DNA of 44,869 nt, from NCBI GenBank assembly GCA_010015585.1, contig ML975168.1; one strand, 5' to 3'. Of the stretch, positions 1 through 9,787 are shown in pieces. A model generated the notes under the pieces. The model ran no database searches. It had not been told where the DNA came from and saw nothing but the letters and a program-made list of their open reading frames with translations. Made by a program: the position numbers and the translations under genes. Positions within the stretch are counted from its first letter, which is position 1. Each line of letters begins with the position of its first letter. This DNA is from Eremomyces bilateralis CBS 781.70 (Eukaryota).

Positions 1-1420
1 AACATCATCCCCAAGTGGAACGAGTTGGTCTTCCAGAACCAATGGCAGGACGCTCTCAACCGCCTTCTCATGACGAACAACTTCCCGGAGTTCACTGGCC
101 GCGTCTGCCCGGCGCCCTGCGAGGGTGCCTGCGTCCTCGGCATCAACGAGGACCCCGTCGGTATCAAGTCGATCGAGTGCGCCATCATCGACCGTGGCTT
201 CGAGATGGGCTGGATGGCCCCGAAGCCGCCCAAGGTCCGCTCCGGCAAGACCGTCGCCATCATCGGATCCGGTCCCGCCGGCTTGGCGACTGCCGATCAA
301 CTCAACCGTGCCGGCCACACCGTCACCGTTTACGAGCGTTCTGACCGTGTCGGTGGTCTGCTGATGTACGGCATCCCCAACATGAAGCTCGACAAGGGCG
401 TCGTGCAGCGTCGCGTGGACCTTATGGCCGCTGAAGGCGTGAAGTTCGTCACCGGCTGCTCCGTTGGCGAAGGCGACGTGACACTCGCATCGCTCCGCGC
501 AAGCAACGACGCCGTCGTTCTTGCAACCGGCGCCACTGTCGCGCGTGACTTGCCGATTCCCAACCGCAACCTCGAGGGCATCCACTTCGCGATGGAGTTC
601 CTGCACAAGAACACCAAATCGCTGCTTGACTCAAGCCTGGAGGATGGAACATATATCTCTGCGAAGGACAAACACGTCGTCGTCATCGGCGGCGGTGACA
701 CCGGCAACGACTGCATCGGCACGTCCGTCCGCCACGGCGCGCGGTCCGTCACGAACTTCGAGCTGCTGCCGCAGCCGCCTCCAGAGCGGGCGCCTGATAA
801 CCCGTGGCCGCAGTGGCCCCGCATCTACCGCATCGACTACGGCCACACGGAGGTCAAGACGCACATGGGCAAGGACCCGCGCGAGTATTGTGTGATGAGC
901 AAGGAGTTCGTGGACGACGGGAGCGGAAAGGTGAAGGGGATTAACACAATCCGGGTGGAGTGGACGAAGAGCGCGACGGGCGGATGGGACATGAAGCAGA
1001 TAGAGGGGAGTGAGCAGTTCTTCCCGGCCGACTTGGTGCTGTTGTCGATGGGCTTCTTGGGTCCGGAAGACCGCGTGCTGGGTGGTGAGATCGAGAAGGA
1101 TGCGAGGAAGAACGTGAAGACGCCGGCGGGTCACTATAACACCAACCTTGCGGGCGTGTTTGCGGCGGGCGATTGCAGGAGAGGGCAATCGTTGATCGTT
1201 TGGTAAGTTGACCTTCCTCATCATCATCGTTCGCCCGGAAACCATATACTGACTCGGTAACAGGGGTATCAATGAAGGTCGCATGGCCGCTCGCGACGTC
1301 GACTCCTACCTCACTGGCGTCGGCACTCAACTCCCCGTCACCGGCGGCATCGTCAAGCGCGCACCATTCGAGCTCCTATCCAAAACCGGCGCAGAGGAGC
1401 TGATCACCGCGGCCGCATAA
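1..1420 (+). CDS. GLT1: NADH-dependent glutamate synthase (GOGAT), 3' part (beta-subunit-like region); the gene starts upstream of the window
   Basis: Motifs [39 protein letters not shown] and [14 protein letters not shown]. Intron 1203-1263 (GTAAGT..CAG) restores W-GINEGR. Stop TAA at 1418-1420. Confidence 0.96.
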
Positions 1421-3130
1421 ACGCACATAACGTCTTTCATGCCATGATCGAACGAACCCACGACATTTTTCAACGTTTGAGATGAATTCGCATGCTCATG
1501 CCTACGCTTCCCCGCATCTCCTGGCGCTTTTTTCGCGGCGCTTTTCGATTATTTCTCGTGGTGCGCTGCTCTACTTGATACCCGTTACGATAGATCGGGT
1601 TCGCCGTGCGGCTTCTGGGCCGTGTTTGTTTCGCATGAAGTCTACCATCGATGGAGGGAAGATACTGGGATGTCTTTGGACATCGGGTGCTGGGCACTGG
1701 GATAGACGCGCAGGAGGACAAGTCATGGACTGCGAACGATCCCTGGGATGGGACGAGGCAGGATTGCGCATAGATGGCAGTTGATGTTCAAGGGTGGAAA
1801 AAATTGATTTATAGCTAAAGCGTTGTTCGTTGCGTACTTGTTTGTTTGCTTGCTCGGGAGGTAGATCTGATGTACCTTCTGTATCAATCTCAGTTAAAAC
1901 ATAGCTGCTCGTCCTGCATGTCGTGATCTATGTAACCCATTTCCTGTCGATTCAGGTCTTCAAGGCCATTTATCGTTGACAACATTTCCCTACGGCCAAA
2001 TGCCTGCCTCTAGGAAGTCTTGAATCCACAAGGTATCTAAAACGATCGATCTCGACTGAATTACTCTAAACTCATCAAAATTGGTTGGTCAATCCGATGG
2101 TTGTGGTCAGCATCAGACTTGCACGTGATTCGGAGACTAATTCCCCTGATTCCTCGGCGAATTTCTATTTCTCCAACCTCGTCGAACATCTCACCACCAG
2201 TCCACCTCATTCTTCGTCCAACGTTCGATTGATGTCCTTACCAAGACCTCCCATCCATGCATTCTCACATGGGTAATTTCTGAGTATCTTGCTCATGGCT
2301 TAACAATGGCAATTCCGGGTGGCATTACGTAAGGTGCCGCGAACCCTGAGCCTCCACGACAAGCAGGAAGTTTGGTCTCTTTTCCGATATTCAGTATTGT
2401 CAGTCTATCCGTTGTCTCCGGACGCAGTCTAGAACTCAGCTCCATCCTCTAATCCCATGGTTTGGGGATTTTTTTCCGTTCGGGCCTGTTCTGTCCGCGA
2501 ATTCCCCCCTGATATACGTGGCGTGATCGTACGTTGGACAATTCTCACGAGGCGGAGAAAGAAAGTTGTCGATACTGCCAGGGTTTGTACCTGCAGCTAC
2601 GTCCATTTCTGGTGTACCATTCATTCTCTATGGTTATGGTTTGCTGGGCGATGCTGCGACTAATCTGCAAAGGACGTTACAGTCTGCCAGGTATCTAGCA
2701 TGTCCCCAGGTCTCGAGGATCATGAACTGGGAAAGGTAAAGCATAGAGGAAGTGTACTCACCATCTACGAAATAGGCTCGGATGCAGCGTAGTGCGCATT
2801 ATGCTCCCCTCGTATGATTGTTCTTGGGAGTCCGGTGACATGACTTGTCTATAGGGGGATCTCATACTCGATCACGTTCCATTTCTTCATACAGTTTATG
2901 TGTTCTTTACGGCTGCATATATGCCAGTGATATCTCACCACACACCTTCATCCATTATCTATCCGATTAACCAGAAGTTCACTCCTCGTCTCAATACCAC
3001 TACAAACGTCAGCTCACTACACAGCATTATACTCACCTACCCAATTTCAACCATCAGTCTACTCTCTTGAGTCCAAATCCTAGAACAATTGTTGTCAAGT
3101 ATATCTGCGCAAGTTGCAGAAAATCGTAAC

Positions 3131-5557
3131 ATGGCGAGTACCGGAGATCTCGTTCGCACATTCGAAACGTTATTGCGAGGCGATGTCGCGATAGTTGGCG
3201 GCAAGAACTCCTCTCTCGGGGAGATGATCAGCGCCCTCGCAGCAAAAGGGATCGATGTACCCACTGGCTTTGCAACGACATCAGCTGCGTACTGGCGCTT
3301 TGTCGATGCCAACAATATCCGGCAAAAAATATCCGACCTCATCTCGGAATGGCAATCGGGAAAGAGCCAGCTTGCGGAAACTGGTCAGGCCATAAGGAAG
3401 TTGTTCCTACGTGGTGACTGGCCAGAGGATACGGCAACTGCCATCAAGAATGCCTACTGTCAGCTTTCAGCCAGTGCTGGAATCGAGAATTTAAGCGTCG
3501 CCGTACGTTCCAGCGCAACAGCAGAAGATTTACCCGATGCAAGTTTTGCCGGTCAACAGGAAACATTCTTAAATATTTCAGGCGAAGCGGCATTGTTGAC
3601 CGCCTGTCGGCGCTGTTATGCTTCACTGTTCACCGATAGGGCCATCAGCTATCGTCAGAACAAGGGGTTCGACCATATGATCGTTGCACTTTCGATCGGA
3701 GTCCAGAGGATGGTTCGCTCTGATCGGGGAGGTTCCGGGGTAATGTTCTCCATCGACACGGAGAGTGGCTTCGACAAGGTGGTGCTCATCAACGCAGCCT
3801 ACGGACTCGGGGAAACGGTCGTGCAAGGCGCGGTCAATCCCGATGAATACCAGATCTACAAGCCACTTCTTAACGATCTCAAACTGGTTCCAGTCATTGA
3901 GAAGAAAAGGGGAGAAAAGCAGATCAAGATGGTATATGGTGGGGAAGATATGCCAACCCGTACTGTGCCGACCTCGAAAGCAGAGCGAGCCTCGTATGTG
4001 CTCAACGATGAAGAGATTCTTCAGCTAGCACGGTGGGCTTGCATCATCGAACAACACTATGGTTGCCCGATGGACATGGAATGGGCTAAGGATGGAATCA
4101 CAGATGAACTATTCATCGTCCAAGCCCGGCCAGAGACTGTCCATTCATGTGGAGATGCAGCTACTTTCAAAACCTATAACGTCGGCAAGAGAGGCACAAT
4201 ATTGACGAAAGGGCTTTCAGTCGGTGAAGCCGCCGTATCTGGTCGCCTGTGCCTCATTGAAAACGCTCGAGACATAAGCAAATTTGTCGACGGCTCGATA
4301 TTGGTGACGGAAACGACTGATCCGGACTGGGTGCCAATCATGAAACGGGCCGCGGCCATTATTACAGACCACGGCGGGCGAACTTCACATGCCGCAATTG
4401 TCAGTCGAGAACTGGGTGTGCCGGCGGTGGTTGGGACGGGCAATGGTACCTATGTGCTACATTCCGGCGAGGATGTAACAGTCTCTTGTGCTGAAGGTGA
4501 CGTCGGCTTCGTTTACGATGGCATCTCGGAAATCAAAACTAAAACCGTGGATCTAACGGGATTGCCTCCGACTCGGACCCATGTCATGCTCAATCTCGCG
4601 AATCCCGCCGCCGCATATCGCTGGTGGAAATTACCCGTCGACGGCATCGGCCTTGCCCGCATGGAATTCGTGGTCACCAACGCGATCCAAGTGCATCCCA
4701 TGGCTCTCGTGCATTTCGACCTGTTGAAGGACCAAAGAGCCCGGAAAGCGGTCGAGAAGCTCACCATCGGCTACGACAACAAGCCTGAATACTTCGTCGA
4801 CAAGCTATCGCGTGGGTTCGCAGCGCTGTGCGCCGCTGTCTATCCCAAGCCGGCCGTCATCCGTATGAGCGACTTCAAGACAAACGAATACGCAAACCTC
4901 ATCGGCGGCGAACAGTTCGAGCCGAAGGAAGAAAACCCAATGCTCGGTTTCCGTGGTGCCTCGAGATACTACTCCCCCCGCTATAAGGAAGGTTTCGCCC
5001 TTGAATGCCAAGCGATCCGCCGTCTCCGCGACAAGATGGGCTTCACCAACGCCATCGTGATGATCCCCTTCTGTCGAACGGTCGGTGAAGCGGAGAAGGT
5101 GCTGGAAGTGATGGCGGAAAACGGGCTGACTCGGGGAGAGAACGGGTTGAAAGTCTACGTCATGTGCGAGATCCCCTCCAATGTCATCCTCGCCGACCGC
5201 TTCATGGAGAAATTCGACGGGTTCTCCATCGGCTCGAATGACTTGACCCAGCTGACCCTCGGCGTGGACCGCGACTCGGGCGAGCTAGCGGATCTATTCG
5301 ACGAGCAGGACGAGGCCGTCCGGTGGATGATCTCGACGGTGATCGCGCAGACGCGGAAGACGGGGAACAAAATTGGGCTATGCGGACAGGCGCCGAGCAA
5401 CCACCCGCAGTTCGCGCGGTTCTTGGTGGAGTGCGGGATTAACTACATCTCGGTCAGCCCAGACAGCTTCGTCGCTGTCAAACAGCATGTGATCGTTGCC
5501 GAATCAAACAAGGCAAGGTTGGGGAGCGACGCATCTGCTACACCGTCGTTTTTATGA
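3131..5557 (+). CDS. ppsA: Phosphoenolpyruvate synthase (pyruvate, water dikinase), intronless, bacterial-type
   Basis: VGGKNSSLGEM, AVRSSATAEDLPDASFAGQQET, phospho-His motif GGRTSHAAIVSRELG, EENPMLGFRGASRY, FSIGSNDLTQ and GLCGQAP. First ATG at 3131; single 808-codon exon. Confidence 0.95.
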   Translation: MASTGDLVRTFETLLRGDVAIVGGKNSSLGEMISALAAKGIDVPTGFATTSAAYWRFVDANNIRQKISDLISEWQSGKSQLAETGQAIRKLFLRGDWPEDTATAIKNAYCQLSASAGIENLSVAVRSSATAEDLPDASFAGQQETFLNISGEAALLTACRRCYASLFTDRAISYRQNKGFDHMIVALSIGVQRMVRSDRGGSGVMFSIDTESGFDKVVLINAAYGLGETVVQGAVNPDEYQIYKPLLNDLKLVPVIEKKRGEKQIKMVYGGEDMPTRTVPTSKAERASYVLNDEEILQLARWACIIEQHYGCPMDMEWAKDGITDELFIVQARPETVHSCGDAATFKTYNVGKRGTILTKGLSVGEAAVSGRLCLIENARDISKFVDGSILVTETTDPDWVPIMKRAAAIITDHGGRTSHAAIVSRELGVPAVVGTGNGTYVLHSGEDVTVSCAEGDVGFVYDGISEIKTKTVDLTGLPPTRTHVMLNLANPAAAYRWWKLPVDGIGLARMEFVVTNAIQVHPMALVHFDLLKDQRARKAVEKLTIGYDNKPEYFVDKLSRGFAALCAAVYPKPAVIRMSDFKTNEYANLIGGEQFEPKEENPMLGFRGASRYYSPRYKEGFALECQAIRRLRDKMGFTNAIVMIPFCRTVGEAEKVLEVMAENGLTRGENGLKVYVMCEIPSNVILADRFMEKFDGFSIGSNDLTQLTLGVDRDSGELADLFDEQDEAVRWMISTVIAQTRKTGNKIGLCGQAPSNHPQFARFLVECGINYISVSPDSFVAVKQHVIVAESNKARLGSDASATPSFL

Positions 5558-6150
5558 ATAACTCTGGCTTAGGGAACCGTGATGACGGGATAGGCGAGCT
5601 CTTCGGTTTGCATGGGGTGAGGGTGGAGAAGGGAGCAGTCTCGGTTGATGCGTTATCCATATGTGCGCTTGTAAGCCTCGAGTTCGGGTTTGGCGCATGG
5701 AGGGCAGAATATCATTTACTTTTATCATTGAATGCGAAATATTCTACATTTTCAGCAGTTTTCAACCTCATTCCGGGAATAACGCGAATTCGAAAGACTG
5801 CCTTCTGTGGTATTACCCCTGAATGCAGTCATCATGCGAAATGGCACGGTCCCTAGCTACAACAACGCCTGTTTCCTATAGTACGGCTTCTTGAGTCTGT
5901 TCCCAATTTATCATTGGCTACCTTAGGACATAGAGCCGTGAGGCCAAAGGGGCACTGACAGCCTTTAAGTAGCGAGCCACTAAACCAAGCGAGCAAAATG
6001 TATCATTCCATCCCCCGGGACTTCCCATCACTGATTAAACGCTTCAATAAGCAAAAGAGTGCCTCTGTTCACACTGTTACCGATACCCCTGGAGATTTTC
6101 TTAAATCACAAGTATTTTACTAGAACCGCTCAAATGTCTGCATTAGCTCC

Positions 6151-7196
6151 TCACAACTCGCCTCTAACCTGCTCAATCTCGACCTTCAGCGCCTTCGCGG
6201 TCTCTTCCAACGTCTTTTTCTCCTCCTCATTCAATTCCACCGGAATCGTCCTAATTGCCCCTTTCCTCCCCAGCACCACCGGCAAACTCACGCAGCACCC
6301 CAGATCCGGCTGAAACGTCGTGAGCGGCCGAACATCTCGTTTGTCGTTCAGTATCGACGAGCAAATACTCGCCACGATCGCGCCGATGCCGAAGCTGATC
6401 GTCCCTTTCGCTTGGATGATCGTCCGGGCGACGTGCTTGCACTGGTCGGCGAGCTCGATGCGGTCGATGGTGTCAATAGGCAGCGCCTTGTCGATGGGGA
6501 CGCCGCCAAAGGTCGCGGCGGACCAGGCGATAAATTGAGTTTCGCCTTGCACGCCCAGGACGTAGATGCCTATTGAATTTGCTTTGGCCTTGAGTACTGT
6601 TAGCCGGGATTTAGTGTTGCGATGATAAAAGGTGGTGGACGCACGCCAGCCTTGTCGGCCAACAATCCGCGCAGTCGGACGGAATCGAGGAAGGTCCCTG
6701 ATCCTATGACCTGGGACCTTGGGAGTCCTGAGACCCCTAGTGCAATGGTGGTAAGTACGTCGACTGGGTTCGCTACCACAAGTAGGATCGTGTCATGTCT
6801 GAAATGTGGTTTCATCGCATGGATGACGGACTTTAGAGTTGAAATGTTCCTGTACTCGAGTTCAACTGAAGTATGGCCTAGATACGCATGTTAGCTGTTG
6901 TTCTTGGATAGGGAAATGAACTGAACTATCTGTATAGACTTACCTACGTTCTGCTTCGATCCCGCAGTGATGATCACGATGTCACACTCTCCAGCCTCGT
7001 GATATGTGGCGGATCGTATTCGCGAGCTGCTCTTAGTAGAATACGCAGCATCACTAAGATCATGAGCCTGGCCATCTCTTCGATCTGTCTTGATATCAAC
7101 TAGAAGTATCTCGTTCGCAACGGAACCCAAGAGTAGGGCATATGCTGCCGTAGCGCCAACAGTCCCGGCACCCACAATTGCAATTCGCGTTATCAT
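6151..7196 (-). CDS. L-lactate/malate dehydrogenase-family protein with substituted catalytic residues (exons 7196-6944, 6877-6645, 6588-6151; 307 aa)
   Basis: Rossmann motif IAIVGAGTVG, plus IITAGSKQ, VVANPVD, GSGTFLDSVRLR, KGTISFGIG and SLPVVLGRKG. Two GT-AG introns join in frame. The GESR loop reads GHTS and GEHG reads GVQG. Confidence 0.88.
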
Positions 7197-9220
7197 ATTT
7201 GTTTTGAAACCGTTTGAACGGAATTATTCCTTTCATATTTCTAGATGATTTCCGAAGACCCCTCTCCTTTTATCATGTTTGTTGTTCCTAGCCACCGGTG
7301 GCATGATTATATTGGTACCGCACGAAAGGCGCCGGCCCGAAGCGGAAGTGTGGAACGCTGGATATCGGACGTCCAAACCGATCATACGATCTTAACTTGC
7401 ATAGACTTTAAAAACCAACGAGGTTATCACCAGACATCTGATGCCTTGCAAAACGATGTGGTAAAGTCATTCCCAAGGTCTAGAGTTTAGACCTTTGGGA
7501 ACGTCCATGTTGGAGAGTTGGGTGGGTCTGTCGAGGTTCGTCGTCATCAGTCATCGCCTTCTAACTTTGAACCTGCAGTATCCCAAATGCGTCATCACCA
7601 TTCCGACTGCGTCGGTCAATTTTCAATTCCGGGAATATATATATATCAAGAGATATGAAGCTTTTGCATTTGATAAGGCGCTCGAAGACACATGAATGCA
7701 GTCCAAGCTACTTAGAGTAGTTGAAGGATAGGATAATTAGCAGAGTCCATGACTCCAGGTGCATTTTCTAAGCTAGCATGAGTAACAGCTATAGCGATTC
7801 CCGTTCATCAAAGCTGATCAAACTTTCTTCGCAGCCATCATCAGAAAAGCCACGCCGAATTCGAGTTACGATCCTAAGGTCGTAGCCATTAAATCTGGAA
7901 TTAGACCGCATACGATTTGCCCCCCTTTCTTGATATATCCTTCAACTACTCCTCCAGACCACGAAACTCCTCTTCCAGCTCACTAGGGGTAGCACCCCGC
8001 ACGCAAACGTCGAAGTCGATGAGGGTTGCTTCACCATCGTTTGGGCTTCTCTACGGTAGGCATTGTTGCATAATCCGCGATAGAAAGGTGTAGGTGAGGT
8101 TGAGTCTTGTTGAATAGGACTCAGCGTGATGAGTAAACGCCCCATCTTGGGGAGTTAGGATAGGCCTTCATGCATCAAGGGTTTGTAGGAACTGTCTTGA
8201 AGAACGATCTATTGGTCGACTGGACTCTTGGGCTGATGAGCCTGTGGTGATCCTGCAGCTCCCTTGAGTGCTGGTCATAGATAGGTGAGCAGCATACTCT
8301 CAACCTTTAGTATTGGCCAGGTTTTTACTCCAGCATAGATGCTGATGAATGTTCGCACCAACGGAGGTCTCGCCTGTGAGAACAGAGCTCAGCTACGCTG
8401 AGTGTCCCTGCACCCAATGAAATGGAAAGAACAGGCACATCTGCCCCGCTCAAACGAAGTGAACTCAAGTGAACGAAGTATCTTCTAACAGAGAAGGAAA
8501 CACTGAAAGAAGATAACGAGGTGAAATCCCAGAGAGGCAATGCTCGGGGGTTGGCACCCCATTCACTTCGCTCATCCCCCGGCCATCCATAATCATAATA
8601 AGGAGGGGAGGGCTTGAGAAAAGAGGCAAGGACGTCGTTAAGGTAATGATACAGGCGGAAAACAACGACATCATCAGAGAGATACTCACATCCATCAAGC
8701 TAATGCCTGAGACCGTAGTATTCACTCGTATCTATGCACATTTACATAATAAGGATTATGCTGTGATATGCAACAAGGACCAACCAGACGGGGGACAACC
8801 GTGGAAACGAACCTGGTGAGCGCGAAAGCATTGCAAATAGACCGTGCGAATGCTGTGTGCAGGAAAGTACCTGGGACCAGGATCGTGAGAATGTGATCGT
8901 GGAAGAGAATTGTGACGACCACTCTCCCGAGAACCTGCCTCCTGTAGTAAGAACTAGATATCGCCAAAGACGATCTAGAATAATATGGATTTCCTTCCTA
9001 CTGTGGTAAATAAGGAGAAAACAAAAGGAACCATACCATCTGTGTATATATCGTGTTTACAGCCCAGCGCATAGTTGATGCGCCATGCGGGGGATTGGAA
9101 TTCTGCCTTGGTGCTGATGATGGGAGGCCATCGCGCACACAGCCTGCTCTTCGTAGAACCAAATCTTTTCGTATTGTATGTAGCGGTCCCAGTCTTTGTC
9201 TTTCCTGAACATTTTACCAA

Positions 9221-9404
9221 GTAGCGGTCGATGCAGTCGGCTTATGATCTGAGTGTAATTCCTCTCGTTCTCAAAGGTCGCCAGTCCATGACGGATGAAG
9301 AAGTTGAGCATCAAACAGGAGTTTGCGGGGCTTAAACTCTTCATCATCCAAACCCAATGAGGGGGCTTCAAAGGCACTTCTGGACTCTGGAGGCTTTCAA
9401 TTTG
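9221..9404 (-). pseudogene. Degenerate C-terminal fragment of a Nudix hydrolase paralogous to the gene at 13402-14451
   Basis: Minus strand reads EEFKP/(+1 frameshift at 9327-9330)/ANSCLMLNFFIRHGLATFENERNYTQIISRLHRPL. The intact gene reads GEFKPSCAAVMIDFLIRHGFITADKEKDYVEIISRLHRKL. Confidence 0.75.
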
Positions 9405-9787
9405 CATTGTCCTGCTTACATCCTTTCAATTAATTCGCCCGGCATTCGAGCCTGCATACATTATATGTATGAGAGCCAGTTACGTGTGTCCATGCACCGC
9501 CACTGGAACACAGTGCTACTAGGAGGCTTCAATTGTAACATCCACAGCTCGATGAGATTACATCTGATTGGACTAACTACCCTATTTAAGTTGCCTTCAC
9601 TCGGTCAAGAAGCCCTTTGCTTTGTACTTCTTCTACCTTGTTGAGCTCAAAGATGGTTGTGTCAGAGGAATTCCATGCGGCTCGTCCTCTACAGACGGAT
9701 TCCCTCCCAAGACAATATAAGCGGCTTTGGCCCTGTGCTAGCTATCTCTATATGGCATGATAGACACTACTCCCCGACTGTGCCGCC

